From positions 1 to 54,854 of the forward strand of contig JBBQBY010000001.1 of assembly GCA_038318235.1 (NCBI GenBank): 54,854 nucleotides of DNA, given 5' to 3'. The DNA comes from Caldilineales bacterium. GTDB taxonomy: Bacteria; Chloroflexota; Anaerolineae; Caldilineales; Caldilineaceae. Each line of letters starts with the position of its first letter. Positions within the stretch are counted from its first letter, which is position 1. The notes beneath the pieces are model-generated. The model saw only the letters and a list, made by a program, of their open reading frames with translations, made no database searches and was not told the DNA's origin. The position numbers and the translations under genes are program-made. This document shows positions 1 through 7,370 of this stretch, piece by piece.

Positions 1-1
1 C

Positions 2-157
2 GCCGATGGTAAGCTGATCGGGGCGATCTTGATCGGCTACCCGGTTGAGGCGTCGATGGTGGCAGAGGCAATTAAGCAGCAGGTGGACGTGACGCCCTAT
101 CTGGGCGCGCTGCGGGCCGGTGATTGGCAGGTGTTGAAGCAACTGGTGCAAGTTTGA
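2..157 (+). CDS. 3' end (51 codons) of a gene starting upstream of the window; possibly the C-terminus of an FAD/NAD(P)-dependent oxidoreductase
   Basis: Frame is open from the window edge to TGA at 155-157: ADGKLIGAILIGYPVEASMVAEAIKQQVDVTPYLGALRAGDWQVLKQLVQV. It resembles the C-terminal dimerisation segment of pyridine-nucleotide-disulfide-type oxidoreductases, but the fragment is too short for certainty. Confidence 0.3.
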   Translation, partial: ADGKLIGAILIGYPVEASMVAEAIKQQVDVTPYLGALRAGDWQVLKQLVQV

Positions 158-657
158 TCGCGCCATGGGGTAATCTGCAAAATACCATCAGAATGAATCG
201 AACTCTTTGGCTGTAATCAAGTACGGAGTGATGTTTGGACGGTAAGTCCTGCGCGCTCCTCGCCTCAAACAAACCACGACGGCTTTCCTTGACGGAGTAG
301 CCGCTACAATTTTCGATCAATCCACCGACTACGGCTATAATACGGCTTATGGTCATAGCGTAGGTCAGCGCATAGGGCATATTGTGAGTGGAATTTAACG
401 CCGGGCGCGTATGGCTTGCGGCTGCTGACACCGGTCTATCTGTTGCCAGCCCGGTCAGGGCTAGACCTTGCGGTCAAGTCTGGGTATAATTCAACCGGTG
501 ACCAAGTAGTGCGCCATCACACCGTTGACATCATGGCCGCTACGGCATTGCTTGGTGCCCAGTTGACTAATCAACTGAATTCTTAGGAACAGATTGATCG
601 CGTTCTCACAAATTTCATCGTTCTCTGAAGCATAAGTTCTGAAGCATAAGGTGTCAC

Positions 658-1161
658 ATGAAACACGTTTATTTGACTTGGCATGAGACCGAGGAATTGG
701 TCACAAAATTGGTCTTTAAAATTAACACGCCCTATGATGCCATCCTAGCCATTTCGCGCGGTGGGATTATTCCTGGCGGGATGATTGCCGAAGCCTTAAA
801 GATGAAAGATGTGCTGACCGCGGCGGTCTTGTTTACGGATAATCCCGGTCAAGCTTCACTCAGTTGGCCGCGTTTTCTGCAATTCCCGCCCGATTCGTTG
901 CTAAAAGGCCGTAAGATCCTGGTGATCGATAATCTTTGGAATCGGGGCCGCGACATCCTGGCCGCCAAAGGCCGGATCGAAACCGCCGGTGGCTTCCCAG
1001 AACTGGCTGTGTTGCATTGGAAGCAGATCGGCAGCGACTATCCAGACCAAGCGCCCGACCACTATGGCGAAATTACCGAGGATTTTATCCACTATCCGTG
1101 GCAACGGATTGACGATTCGGATTATCGCGTGCTTGCTCATCCCGTTACGCCATTGTCTTAA
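658..1161 (+). CDS. Phosphoribosyltransferase family protein (Gpt/xanthine-guanine PRT-like) with an atypical PRPP loop
   Basis: The 167-aa product has the Gpt-like N-terminus (VYLTW...AISRGGIIPGG) and C-terminal YPWQ. The PRPP-motif position reads KILVIDNLWNRGRD rather than the canonical VIDD-x-x-DTGGT. An AGG-type RBS precedes the ATG. Confidence 0.7.
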   Translation: MKHVYLTWHETEELVTKLVFKINTPYDAILAISRGGIIPGGMIAEALKMKDVLTAAVLFTDNPGQASLSWPRFLQFPPDSLLKGRKILVIDNLWNRGRDILAAKGRIETAGGFPELAVLHWKQIGSDYPDQAPDHYGEITEDFIHYPWQRIDDSDYRVLAHPVTPLS

Positions 1162-1197
1162 TCTTGTCTTAGGCGCAATCAAAGCATAAAGGATCCA

Positions 1198-1266
1198 GTA
1201 GGTGCGTGCTTTTAGCCGCACAATTTGGGGTATACGCAGCACGTGCGGCTACAAGCACGCACCTAC
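1198..1266. repeat. REPIN-like element, diverged copy of the GTAGGTGCG family
   Basis: GTAGGTGCGTGCTTTTAGCCGCAC...GTGCGGCTACAAGCACGCACCTAC, with outer unique arms AAGGATCCAG (1189-1198) / CTGGATCCTT (1289-1298). Confidence 0.7.
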
Positions 1267-1421
1267 GCATGATTTTGTTCGGCAAACGCTGGATCCTTAT
1301 TTCATTGAAATGGCCTTAATCTGTAAAATGGTAGATAGATCTGAATCGTTATGTTACTTGGCACATCTGGACGATCAAATCGAGATAGACTCGCATCTGA
1401 ATTGTAAAATAAGGCCTTTAT

Positions 1422-2084
1422 ATGAGCGAAAATTTGGCCCTGACCGCTATTTCACCGGCCACAGAGCGCATTGGGGAATTGATTCGGTTGCTGCATTTAC
1501 AATACCCCGATCCAACGTGCGCCCTTGATCATCGCAATGCCTTTGAATTGCTGGTGGCGACCATTCTATCGGCCCGATGCACCGATGTGCGTGTGAATTT
1601 GGTGACGCCTGCCCTCTTCGCAAAATATCCGACGCCGTTAGCCTTTGCCGAGGCGGACCGCAGCGAACTGGAAAAGCGTGTGTGTTCCACGGGTTTTTAC
1701 AAAACCAAAGCTAAAAACATTCAAACTGCGGCGCGACGAATTGTCGAAGCCTATGCGGGGGAAGTGCCGGCTACGATGGATGATCTGTTGACTTTGGCTG
1801 GCGTCGCTCGCAAAACCGCCAATGTCGTGCTTGGCACCGCCTATGGCATTGCGGATGGCGTTGTCGTAGATACGCATGTGCGTCGCCTGTCGAATCGCCT
1901 GGATCTGACGCAGGCCGATGATCCCGAAAAGATTGAGCGCGATTTAATGGCGCTTGTGCCAGTGACCGAGTGGATTCAGTTTGCCAATATGTTAATTCTG
2001 CATGGCCGGCAAGTTTGCGATGCCCGCAAGCCAAAATGTGCGCTTTGTACACTGGCGCACCTTTGTCCTTCGGCCATGCAATAA
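1422..2084 (+). CDS. nth: Endonuclease III (DNA-(apurinic or apyrimidinic site) lyase)
   Basis: HhH-GPD core (LLVATILSARCTD, LAGVARKTANVVLG) is present. The C-terminal 4Fe-4S motif C-x6-C-x2-C-x5-C reads CDARKPKCALCTLAHLC. Confidence 0.93.
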   Translation: MSENLALTAISPATERIGELIRLLHLQYPDPTCALDHRNAFELLVATILSARCTDVRVNLVTPALFAKYPTPLAFAEADRSELEKRVCSTGFYKTKAKNIQTAARRIVEAYAGEVPATMDDLLTLAGVARKTANVVLGTAYGIADGVVVDTHVRRLSNRLDLTQADDPEKIERDLMALVPVTEWIQFANMLILHGRQVCDARKPKCALCTLAHLCPSAMQ

Positions 2085-2167
2085 GGATTGTTCGACATAG
2101 GCTCTGTTTGTAGAAGGTAGAGCGTAGACCTATAAAAGGCTCTCTCCCTTCTACAAGCGCTCACCAT

Positions 2168-2950
2168 GTGACCATTAATCATCTAAATATTTTTAGGAAG
2201 GTTAGCGCCATCTCTAACTCCCGTTGGGCCTTAATCTTGTTTGTGTGTCTGACTGTGCTCTTTGCGCTTGTATTCATCGACCAGCGTTTGCTGCCCAGGG
2301 TAATCCCCACAAGTACGCCTGTCGCCACTCTCGCTAGCGCGCTTGTACCGGCGGGCCAGTTAGCCTATCTGAATTCCACCAAATTCGGCGCGCAAAGTGC
2401 CCTCAAGGTGAATTTGCCGGCTGCTTGGCAAGCCATTGACCTGGATGCTGAACACCTGAAACTTGCCCTGGATAAGCTGAAAAGTACAGTGACTACACCG
2501 CCCATGCTGGTGGCGGTCGAGACGCTGCTCATCGCGGTTGATGCGGATTCAACGGCTCTGGTTGCGTTGTTACTTGATGATCAGGCCAAGGGGCAAGCTG
2601 CGCTGCCCCCCAATCTAATTGTGGTGGTGGTGCCGCGCCATGGATTGAGTCTGGCCAGGTATCTGACCGACGTCGGCGCAGATTTGCAGCGTCATCCTGG
2701 GGTCGAAATTCAAGAAAGCAAACTCGATACCACATTGCGCACTACGGGGTTACCGGTTGCTATTCTGCACTACACCTTAGCTGCGGACTTGGTGCCTGGC
2801 ATAAACCCGCCGATGGATGGTTATCAGATCGCTGCTTTTGATGCACAAGCCACCAACATCATTGTCTTTACTTTTACGACACCATCGTCACGTTATACAG
2901 AACTGCTGCCCATATTTCAGGCGATTGTGCGCAATGCACAGCTGAATTGA
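2168..2950 (+). CDS. Hypothetical membrane-anchored protein
   Basis: 260-aa ORF with a GTG start. One N-terminal hydrophobic helix (WALILFVCLTVLFALVFI) is followed by a soluble domain. No motif recognised. Confidence 0.55.
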   Translation: MTINHLNIFRKVSAISNSRWALILFVCLTVLFALVFIDQRLLPRVIPTSTPVATLASALVPAGQLAYLNSTKFGAQSALKVNLPAAWQAIDLDAEHLKLALDKLKSTVTTPPMLVAVETLLIAVDADSTALVALLLDDQAKGQAALPPNLIVVVVPRHGLSLARYLTDVGADLQRHPGVEIQESKLDTTLRTTGLPVAILHYTLAADLVPGINPPMDGYQIAAFDAQATNIIVFTFTTPSSRYTELLPIFQAIVRNAQLN

Positions 2951-2973
2951 AATTTGGTCGTAGCTAGGAGAAA

Positions 2974-3888
2974 TTGCCTGTGCCTGCACTTGTCCCGCCT
3001 GGATTTACCCGTGGCCCACTCTTATTGATGGGTTCACCGGCCACTGAATTGGCTGAGACCATGCTCTTGCAACGTTTTTGGACGGACGCTGGTGGTTATG
3101 GCGCTCGGATTCTGGTTGTCCCGACTGCCACGACCGCCCAGGCAGCTCAAAAGTATGTGGATCTTTTTACGACTTGGGAAGCGGCGGCTGTCAATGTCCT
3201 GACCATCGAAAGTCGCGCGGACGCGCAACAAGCGCATCATCAAGCGTTATTTGACAATGCCACTGGGATTTTAATTTTAGAGGGCAATCCTTTACAGTTT
3301 ATCAGTCTGTTGGGCGGCACACCGGTGGCGCAGGCCATTCGGCGCGCCAATGCGCATGGCAAAACGGTGGCCGGTCTTGGCCGCGGCGCATCCCTCCTTT
3401 GCCAACATATGATCGCCTTTGAACAGGATAGCGAAAATTTACCGACTTTTTTGCACCGGCGGCTGATTCAATTTGCGCCCGGTTTGGGGCTGATCAATCG
3501 CTTGGTGCTTGACGTTGCGCACGTTGAAGCAGAGCACCAGAACCGCCAGCATTTACCGATGGCGCTGAGTACATTGCTCACCGCCGTGGCCTATAACCCA
3601 TTCTTGATCGGCTTGGGCCTGGAACCGGGTGTCGGCGTCGCCGTCTATGCCGACAGCACCGTAGATGTTTTTGGCGAGGGCAGCGTTCTACTGATTGATG
3701 GCGCAGGCATGAGCTATACCAATGTCCACGAATACAAAAGTGAAACCCCAATCAGCATGCTGGGTGTAAAGCTTCATGTATTAGGCTATGGTTATACCTT
3801 TAACCTCGATGAGCGCACCGTCCATCAACCTGTGGCCAGTGATATTCCGACCACGGCTGTGCCGGATCAGAGTAAAAGTCCGTTTTAG
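2974..3888 (+). CDS. Peptidase S51/cyanophycinase-like (class I glutamine amidotransferase-like fold) protein, nucleophile motif not evident
   Basis: ILVVPTATT...ILILEGNPLQF...GKTVAGLGRGASLL matches the layout of the S51/cyanophycinase family. The expected G-x-S-A-G serine elbow reads GLGRGAS. Confidence 0.5.
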   Translation: MPVPALVPPGFTRGPLLLMGSPATELAETMLLQRFWTDAGGYGARILVVPTATTAQAAQKYVDLFTTWEAAAVNVLTIESRADAQQAHHQALFDNATGILILEGNPLQFISLLGGTPVAQAIRRANAHGKTVAGLGRGASLLCQHMIAFEQDSENLPTFLHRRLIQFAPGLGLINRLVLDVAHVEAEHQNRQHLPMALSTLLTAVAYNPFLIGLGLEPGVGVAVYADSTVDVFGEGSVLLIDGAGMSYTNVHEYKSETPISMLGVKLHVLGYGYTFNLDERTVHQPVASDIPTTAVPDQSKSPF

Positions 3889-3889
3889 T

Positions 3890-3924
3890 AGGTAGACGGC
3901 AGAACAAGCTTTTACCGTCTACCT
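3890..3924. terminator. Stem-loop between convergent genes (candidate bidirectional terminator)
   Basis: AGGTAGACGG (3890-3899) pairs with CCGTCTACCT (3915-3924). It lies between the + strand stop at 3888 and the - strand stop at 3934. There is no clear U-tract. Confidence 0.35.
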
Positions 3925-3933
3925 GCTACCTGC

Positions 3934-4359
3934 CTACCACTCATCAATCCACTCATCTTTTTCGCCGACCACGCGGAATTTACGTTCCTCGGCCATTTCA
4001 CGCGGTGCGGGCAAGGCGTAACGAGGCTGTTGATCGACGTTGCCATAGCCTGGTTGCATGGGCATATGTCCCTGCGCCCCATTGCCAGCCAACACAATCA
4101 CCGGTGGTTGTTGGGGAAAGGCCGGATAGCCATACCCATTTTGCGGAAAGCGCCCTTGAGGATTTGAACGGGGTGAATCCTCTGCTTCGGAGCGGCGTCT
4201 ACTGGAGGCCAAGAGCAGCAACGCGGTTGGAATCCCCGCTACGATGCCAAAGAGCACGCCAATCGCCATCCCTAGGGCGTCACTGCTCAACCGATCGCCA
4301 ATCCGCCAGCCTGCTACGGCCACAAAAACCAGTGCCATCAGAATTATCAAACGTTTCAT
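3934..4359 (-). CDS. Hypothetical two-TM membrane protein with a Pro/Gln/Gly-rich tail
   Basis: 141-aa product with two hydrophobic helices (LIILMALVFVAVAGW; MAIGVLFGIVAGIPTALLLLA). A GGGAGAG RBS lies 6-7 nt upstream. It starts 25 nt downstream of the FtsK-like gene on the same strand. Confidence 0.65.
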   Translation of the reverse strand: MKRLIILMALVFVAVAGWRIGDRLSSDALGMAIGVLFGIVAGIPTALLLLASSRRRSEAEDSPRSNPQGRFPQNGYGYPAFPQQPPVIVLAGNGAQGHMPMQPGYGNVDQQPRYALPAPREMAEERKFRVVGEKDEWIDEW

Positions 4360-4384
4360 CGTACGCTCTCCCTCTAAATTGCTT

Positions 4385-5530
4385 TCACTTCACCAAAAAA
4401 CGTTCCAACAACCCGCGCCAGGCTGGTTGGGCTGCTGGTTGTTTTGTTTGCGCTTCAGCCTTCAACGGCGATGCCTGTGGTACTACCGCCGGTGCTTGCC
4501 AACGGCGCGTTGTGCGGCCACTTTCGCATAGTTTTGCCGCGATCTCAGCCAAATCATCCGCGCCTAACCAGGCCGCCTGAAAGCGCACAACTTCGCCTTT
4601 AGCCACCAACAGGAAATCGCCTTTGCCTTCCAATTTTTCTGCGCCGCTATCGGTGACGCCAGCGGCAAAACGGGCTTCATCGCGGCTGGCCACGGCGCCA
4701 ACCAAGCGGACTGGGAAATTGGCTTTCATCGCGCCGCCGATCAGGGCGGCGGTTGGCTTTTGGGTGCAGGCAACAATGTGAATCCCCGCCTCGCGCCCAC
4801 GTTGACTCAGGCGGGTTAACATCGCTTCGACCGCGCTCCCGCCGGTTTGTAGCAGATCGGCCAACTCGTCCACGGCTACCACCAACACCGGATTGCTGAT
4901 ATGCGCTCGGTCGCGACGCTCCATTTCTTGAACCAGCCACCGCAGGCGCTCAACCGCCGCGCCCATCTCGGCTACGACTTCGCCTAGTACGTGCGGCAAA
5001 CTAGCCAAGGCCCCAAAGCCGCGCCCTTTGGGGTCGATCAGCACCAGTTGAACCTCCACTTGGCGATTGTGCATCGCCAGCGAGGTGAGCAACGTACGGG
5101 CCAACGCTGTCTTGCCCGAACCGGTGGTACCCGCTACCAAGACGTGGGCTACATCTGGCGCAGGCAAGCGCAGCAGGAGCGGCGTGCCATTTTGTTCGAT
5201 CCCCAGCACCGCCGTAACAGGGGGGACGGTTGGTAGGCGGCTGCACAACGCGAGCAACCGCACCGGTTCTGCCTTCGCGCGCGGCACCTCAATGTTGATC
5301 GCATCGCCTTGGCGGTAGATGCGGGCCTCACGCTTGCCCAAGGCCAACGCGATCTCTTCGGCGAGCGCGACGATTTTATTAATTTTGGTGCCCATTTGGG
5401 TCGCCAGTTGAAAGCGGATAAAGCGTGGGGTTACAACACCGCCTTGCACATGGCCCTGGACTTTGTGACGTGCCAAAACCGCCTCGATGCGGTCTGCTTG
5501 CAGATCCAGATTACGTTTGCGATTGGTCAT
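4385..5530 (-). CDS. FtsK/SpoIIIE-family DNA translocase ATPase (soluble; alpha+beta domains only)
   Basis: FtsK alpha-like N-terminus ([32 protein letters not shown]), Walker [11 protein letters not shown] and Walker [11 protein letters not shown] are present. There are no N-terminal TM helices and no recognisable gamma winged helix. Confidence 0.85.
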   Translation of the reverse strand: MTNRKRNLDLQADRIEAVLARHKVQGHVQGGVVTPRFIRFQLATQMGTKINKIVALAEEIALALGKREARIYRQGDAINIEVPRAKAEPVRLLALCSRLPTVPPVTAVLGIEQNGTPLLLRLPAPDVAHVLVAGTTGSGKTALARTLLTSLAMHNRQVEVQLVLIDPKGRGFGALASLPHVLGEVVAEMGAAVERLRWLVQEMERRDRAHISNPVLVVAVDELADLLQTGGSAVEAMLTRLSQRGREAGIHIVACTQKPTAALIGGAMKANFPVRLVGAVASRDEARFAAGVTDSGAEKLEGKGDFLLVAKGEVVRFQAAWLGADDLAEIAAKLCESGRTTRRWQAPAVVPQASPLKAEAQTKQPAAQPAWRGLLERFLVK

Positions 5531-5939
5531 CTTCTAACTCCCCAATCGTTGATGGATTGGTCGCTGGTGTGCGCAAGGTGTGAGAGGTTTAGCGTATCAG
5601 TAAAACCCGACTCTAACTTTTTTCGCGCCAAAGCTTAGCCATGTAGGAACACGCGCCGATCTCTAGTTTTATGTGATTTAGGGCGGTCGCTTTTGGTGCG
5701 TGACGAAAATCTACGCTTAAGTAAATGACAGCGTATAAAAACAAAAAAGCCCAATCTTACGGATCAACCCTACATCGACACCACATCTTCGCCGCAACGA
5801 AGAATTGTGCTTGTCGTTCGTAGAATTGATCCGCGCAGACCAGGCTTTTTCTTAAGGCTCGCTACTTGTCCAGATGGCACGCGTACGAGCCTAGTGCTGT
5901 GCGATTCAAAGCTCCTAGAAATCCATTTTAGAATCTCGT

Positions 5940-5953
5940 AGAACTTTTGTTCT
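5940..5953. promoter_or_regulatory. LexA (Cheo/DinR-type) box AGAAC-TTTT-GTTCT, just downstream of the -10
   Basis: Perfect GAAC-N4-GTTC palindrome AGAACTTTTGTTCT. Confidence 0.6.
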
Positions 5954-5959
5954 GTTTTG

Positions 5960-5989
5960 AGTATATCAGAACAAAAGTTCTGTTGTCAA
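5960..5989 (-). promoter_or_regulatory. Sigma-70-type promoter (TTGACA-18-TATACT) on the minus strand
   Basis: Reverse complement of 5984-5989 is TTGACA and of 5960-5965 is TATACT, with an 18-nt spacer that contains a Cheo-type box. Confidence 0.6.
5968..5981. promoter_or_regulatory. LexA (Cheo/DinR-type) box AGAAC-AAAA-GTTCT, in the promoter spacer
   Basis: Perfect GAAC-N4-GTTC palindrome AGAACAAAAGTTCT, 14 nt from the first box. Confidence 0.6.
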
Positions 5990-6012
5990 GTAGCAAAATT
6001 GTAAATTTCGTT

Positions 6013-6154
6013 TATACTGAGTTCAGAATGAAACCCGGCGTTTTCGTCGACGATCTTCCTGGAACCCTTCAGGCTCTTCAGGGTCATAGAATCGATCGGC
6101 GACCCCTTCCAGGAAGATTTTAGAGACGCCGGTTCTCAACTTGATTTGAGTATA
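6013..6154. repeat. ~140-bp long imperfect palindrome, CTTCCWGGAAG-core family, copy A
   Basis: TATACT...TCAGAATGAAACCCGGCG...CTTCCTGGAA...CTTCCAGGAAG...CGCCGGTTCTCAACTTGATTTGAGTATA. Termini and cores are shared with the copy at 51714-51853. Confidence 0.75.
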
Positions 6155-6203
6155 ATCGCTAATCAGTATAATGTTTTTAGGCTTCACTAACACGCCTGAT
6201 CAT

Positions 6204-6232
6204 TTGACAAACCGGTGTTGACCCACTAAACT
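6204..6232 (+). promoter_or_regulatory. Promoter TTGACA-17-TAAACT for the metal ABC importer operon
   Basis: TTGACA at 6204-6209, a 17-nt spacer and TAAACT at 6227-6232, about 60 nt upstream of the ATG at 6292. Confidence 0.55.
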
Positions 6233-6240
6233 GCAACTCT

Positions 6241-6263
6241 TAAATGAGAATTTTTCTCATTTA
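6241..6263. promoter_or_regulatory. Fur-family-like (Zur/Mur?) operator palindrome
   Basis: TAAATGAGAA-TTT-TTCTCATTTA has perfect 10-bp arms. Its core TGAGAAT-T-TTTCTCA follows the 7-1-7 layout of Fur/Zur/PerR boxes. It sits immediately after the -10 over the predicted TSS. Confidence 0.55.
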
Positions 6264-6291
6264 GTGACGCGAAACAGGATCAGGAGCATGA

Positions 6292-7227
6292 ATGTTACAC
6301 AAATGTAGCAATTTCGCAGGATTGCTGGGGCTTGTCGGGCTTGCTTGTTTATTGCTAGCTTGTCAGGCCCAAGCCGAGCCATCTTCCACGGCGCCCACTA
6401 GATTGACCGTGATTGCCACGACTACCCAACTCGAAGACATCGCCCGTGTGATCGCTGGCGACCATGTAACTGTGATCGGTTTGGTGCCGCGCAATGGCGA
6501 CCCGCACGAGTTTGAACCGACGCCAGACAATGTCAAGCAAGTGGCCCAGTCGGCGGCCGTTTTCATCAATGGCGTCGGGTTGGAAGGCTGGTTGGAAGAA
6601 TTGGTCAAGAATGCCGGCGGCGAACGACCGATCTTTGACGTTTCGAAAAACCTAGCGTTGGGCAAGATCGACGCCGCCTTTGCGGAAGGTGGTGACCCCG
6701 ACCCGCATATTTGGATGAACCCGCTGAATATGGTGACGGTGGTTGACAATATCGCGACCGGTCTAAAACAGATTGATCCAACGGATGCCGACGCGTTCGA
6801 TGCCAATGCCGCTGCCTATAAAACGAAACTGACGGAATTAGACGCCTGGGCCGAAAAGACACTGGCTGTGATTCCGCCCGAACGGCGCAAACTCGTGACC
6901 ATGCACGATGCGATGGGTTATTTTGCCACGCGCTATCAATTTAAAATTGTCGGTGCGGTGATTCCCAGTGCGAGCACCGAAGCTGCCGAAACTTCCGCTA
7001 AAGATTTGACCAAATTAGTCGAAACGATCAAGCAAGAGCAGGTGCAGGCGATCTTCACCGAAGCTTCGGTCAACCCTAAGTTGCTTGAGCAGGTGGGCGC
7101 CGAGGCCAACGTCAAAGTCGTCACGGATCTATACATCGACTCATTGGGTGACAAAGGTGGCGAAGCTGGCACGTATCTGGATTTCTTCCGCGCGGATGTC
7201 AACAAGTTGGTCGATGCATTGAAGTAG
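6292..7227 (+). CDS. Metal (Zn/Mn) ABC transporter substrate-binding lipoprotein, TroA/ZnuA family
   Basis: Lipobox LLLAC is present. Conserved metal-ligand motifs GDPHEFEP and DPHIWMNP, and the overall cluster-9 SBP layout, support the call. Confidence 0.9.
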   Translation: MLHKCSNFAGLLGLVGLACLLLACQAQAEPSSTAPTRLTVIATTTQLEDIARVIAGDHVTVIGLVPRNGDPHEFEPTPDNVKQVAQSAAVFINGVGLEGWLEELVKNAGGERPIFDVSKNLALGKIDAAFAEGGDPDPHIWMNPLNMVTVVDNIATGLKQIDPTDADAFDANAAAYKTKLTELDAWAEKTLAVIPPERRKLVTMHDAMGYFATRYQFKIVGAVIPSASTEAAETSAKDLTKLVETIKQEQVQAIFTEASVNPKLLEQVGAEANVKVVTDLYIDSLGDKGGEAGTYLDFFRADVNKLVDALK

Positions 7228-7305
7228 GGCAAGACGGCAAGGATTTAAATCCTCGCCTAATCCACAAAGTGCGTTGATAGTCATTAACGAATGATTGCCA
7301 TAAGC

Positions 7306-7370
7306 GTAGGTGCGGTTTTTAACTGCACAGGTTCCGTTCCCTTGCTTGTGCGGTTAAAAACCGCACCTAC
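7306..7370. repeat. REPIN-like element (two inverted GTAG-GTGCGGTT-loop-AACCGCAC REPs)
   Basis: GTAGGTGCGGTTTTTAACTGCAC...GTGCGGTTAAAAACCGCACCTAC, flanked by a unique outer inverted repeat GTCATTAAC (7280-7288) / GTTAATGAC (7390-7398). Confidence 0.8.

Noticed and set aside
72-431. 119-aa minus-strand ORF in the leader upstream of the PRT gene
   Set aside because: It has no RBS, its composition is Ala/Arg/Pro/Ser-rich and shadow-like, and it overlaps the end of the upstream plus-strand gene. It was not accepted as coding, and the region remains unexplained.
158-657. Riboswitch, RNase P or tmRNA in the PRT leader
   Set aside because: I looked on both strands for several signatures. These were the purine-riboswitch junctions (UAUAAU...UUUCUACC), ykkC-type cores, the RNase P GAGGAAAGUCC / P4 motifs, and a tmRNA T-arm with a tag ORF. 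None was present convincingly.
1202-1528. 108-aa plus-strand ORF between the PRT gene and nth
   Set aside because: It starts inside a REPIN-like palindrome and overlaps the nth start by about 100 nt in another frame. It has no RBS and no recognisable motif.
4005-4580. 191-aa and 95-aa plus-strand ORFs across the membrane-protein/FtsK-like junction
   Set aside because: They are antisense to two well-supported minus-strand genes and span their intergenic RBS. Their composition is Arg/Ser/Ala/Pro-rich.
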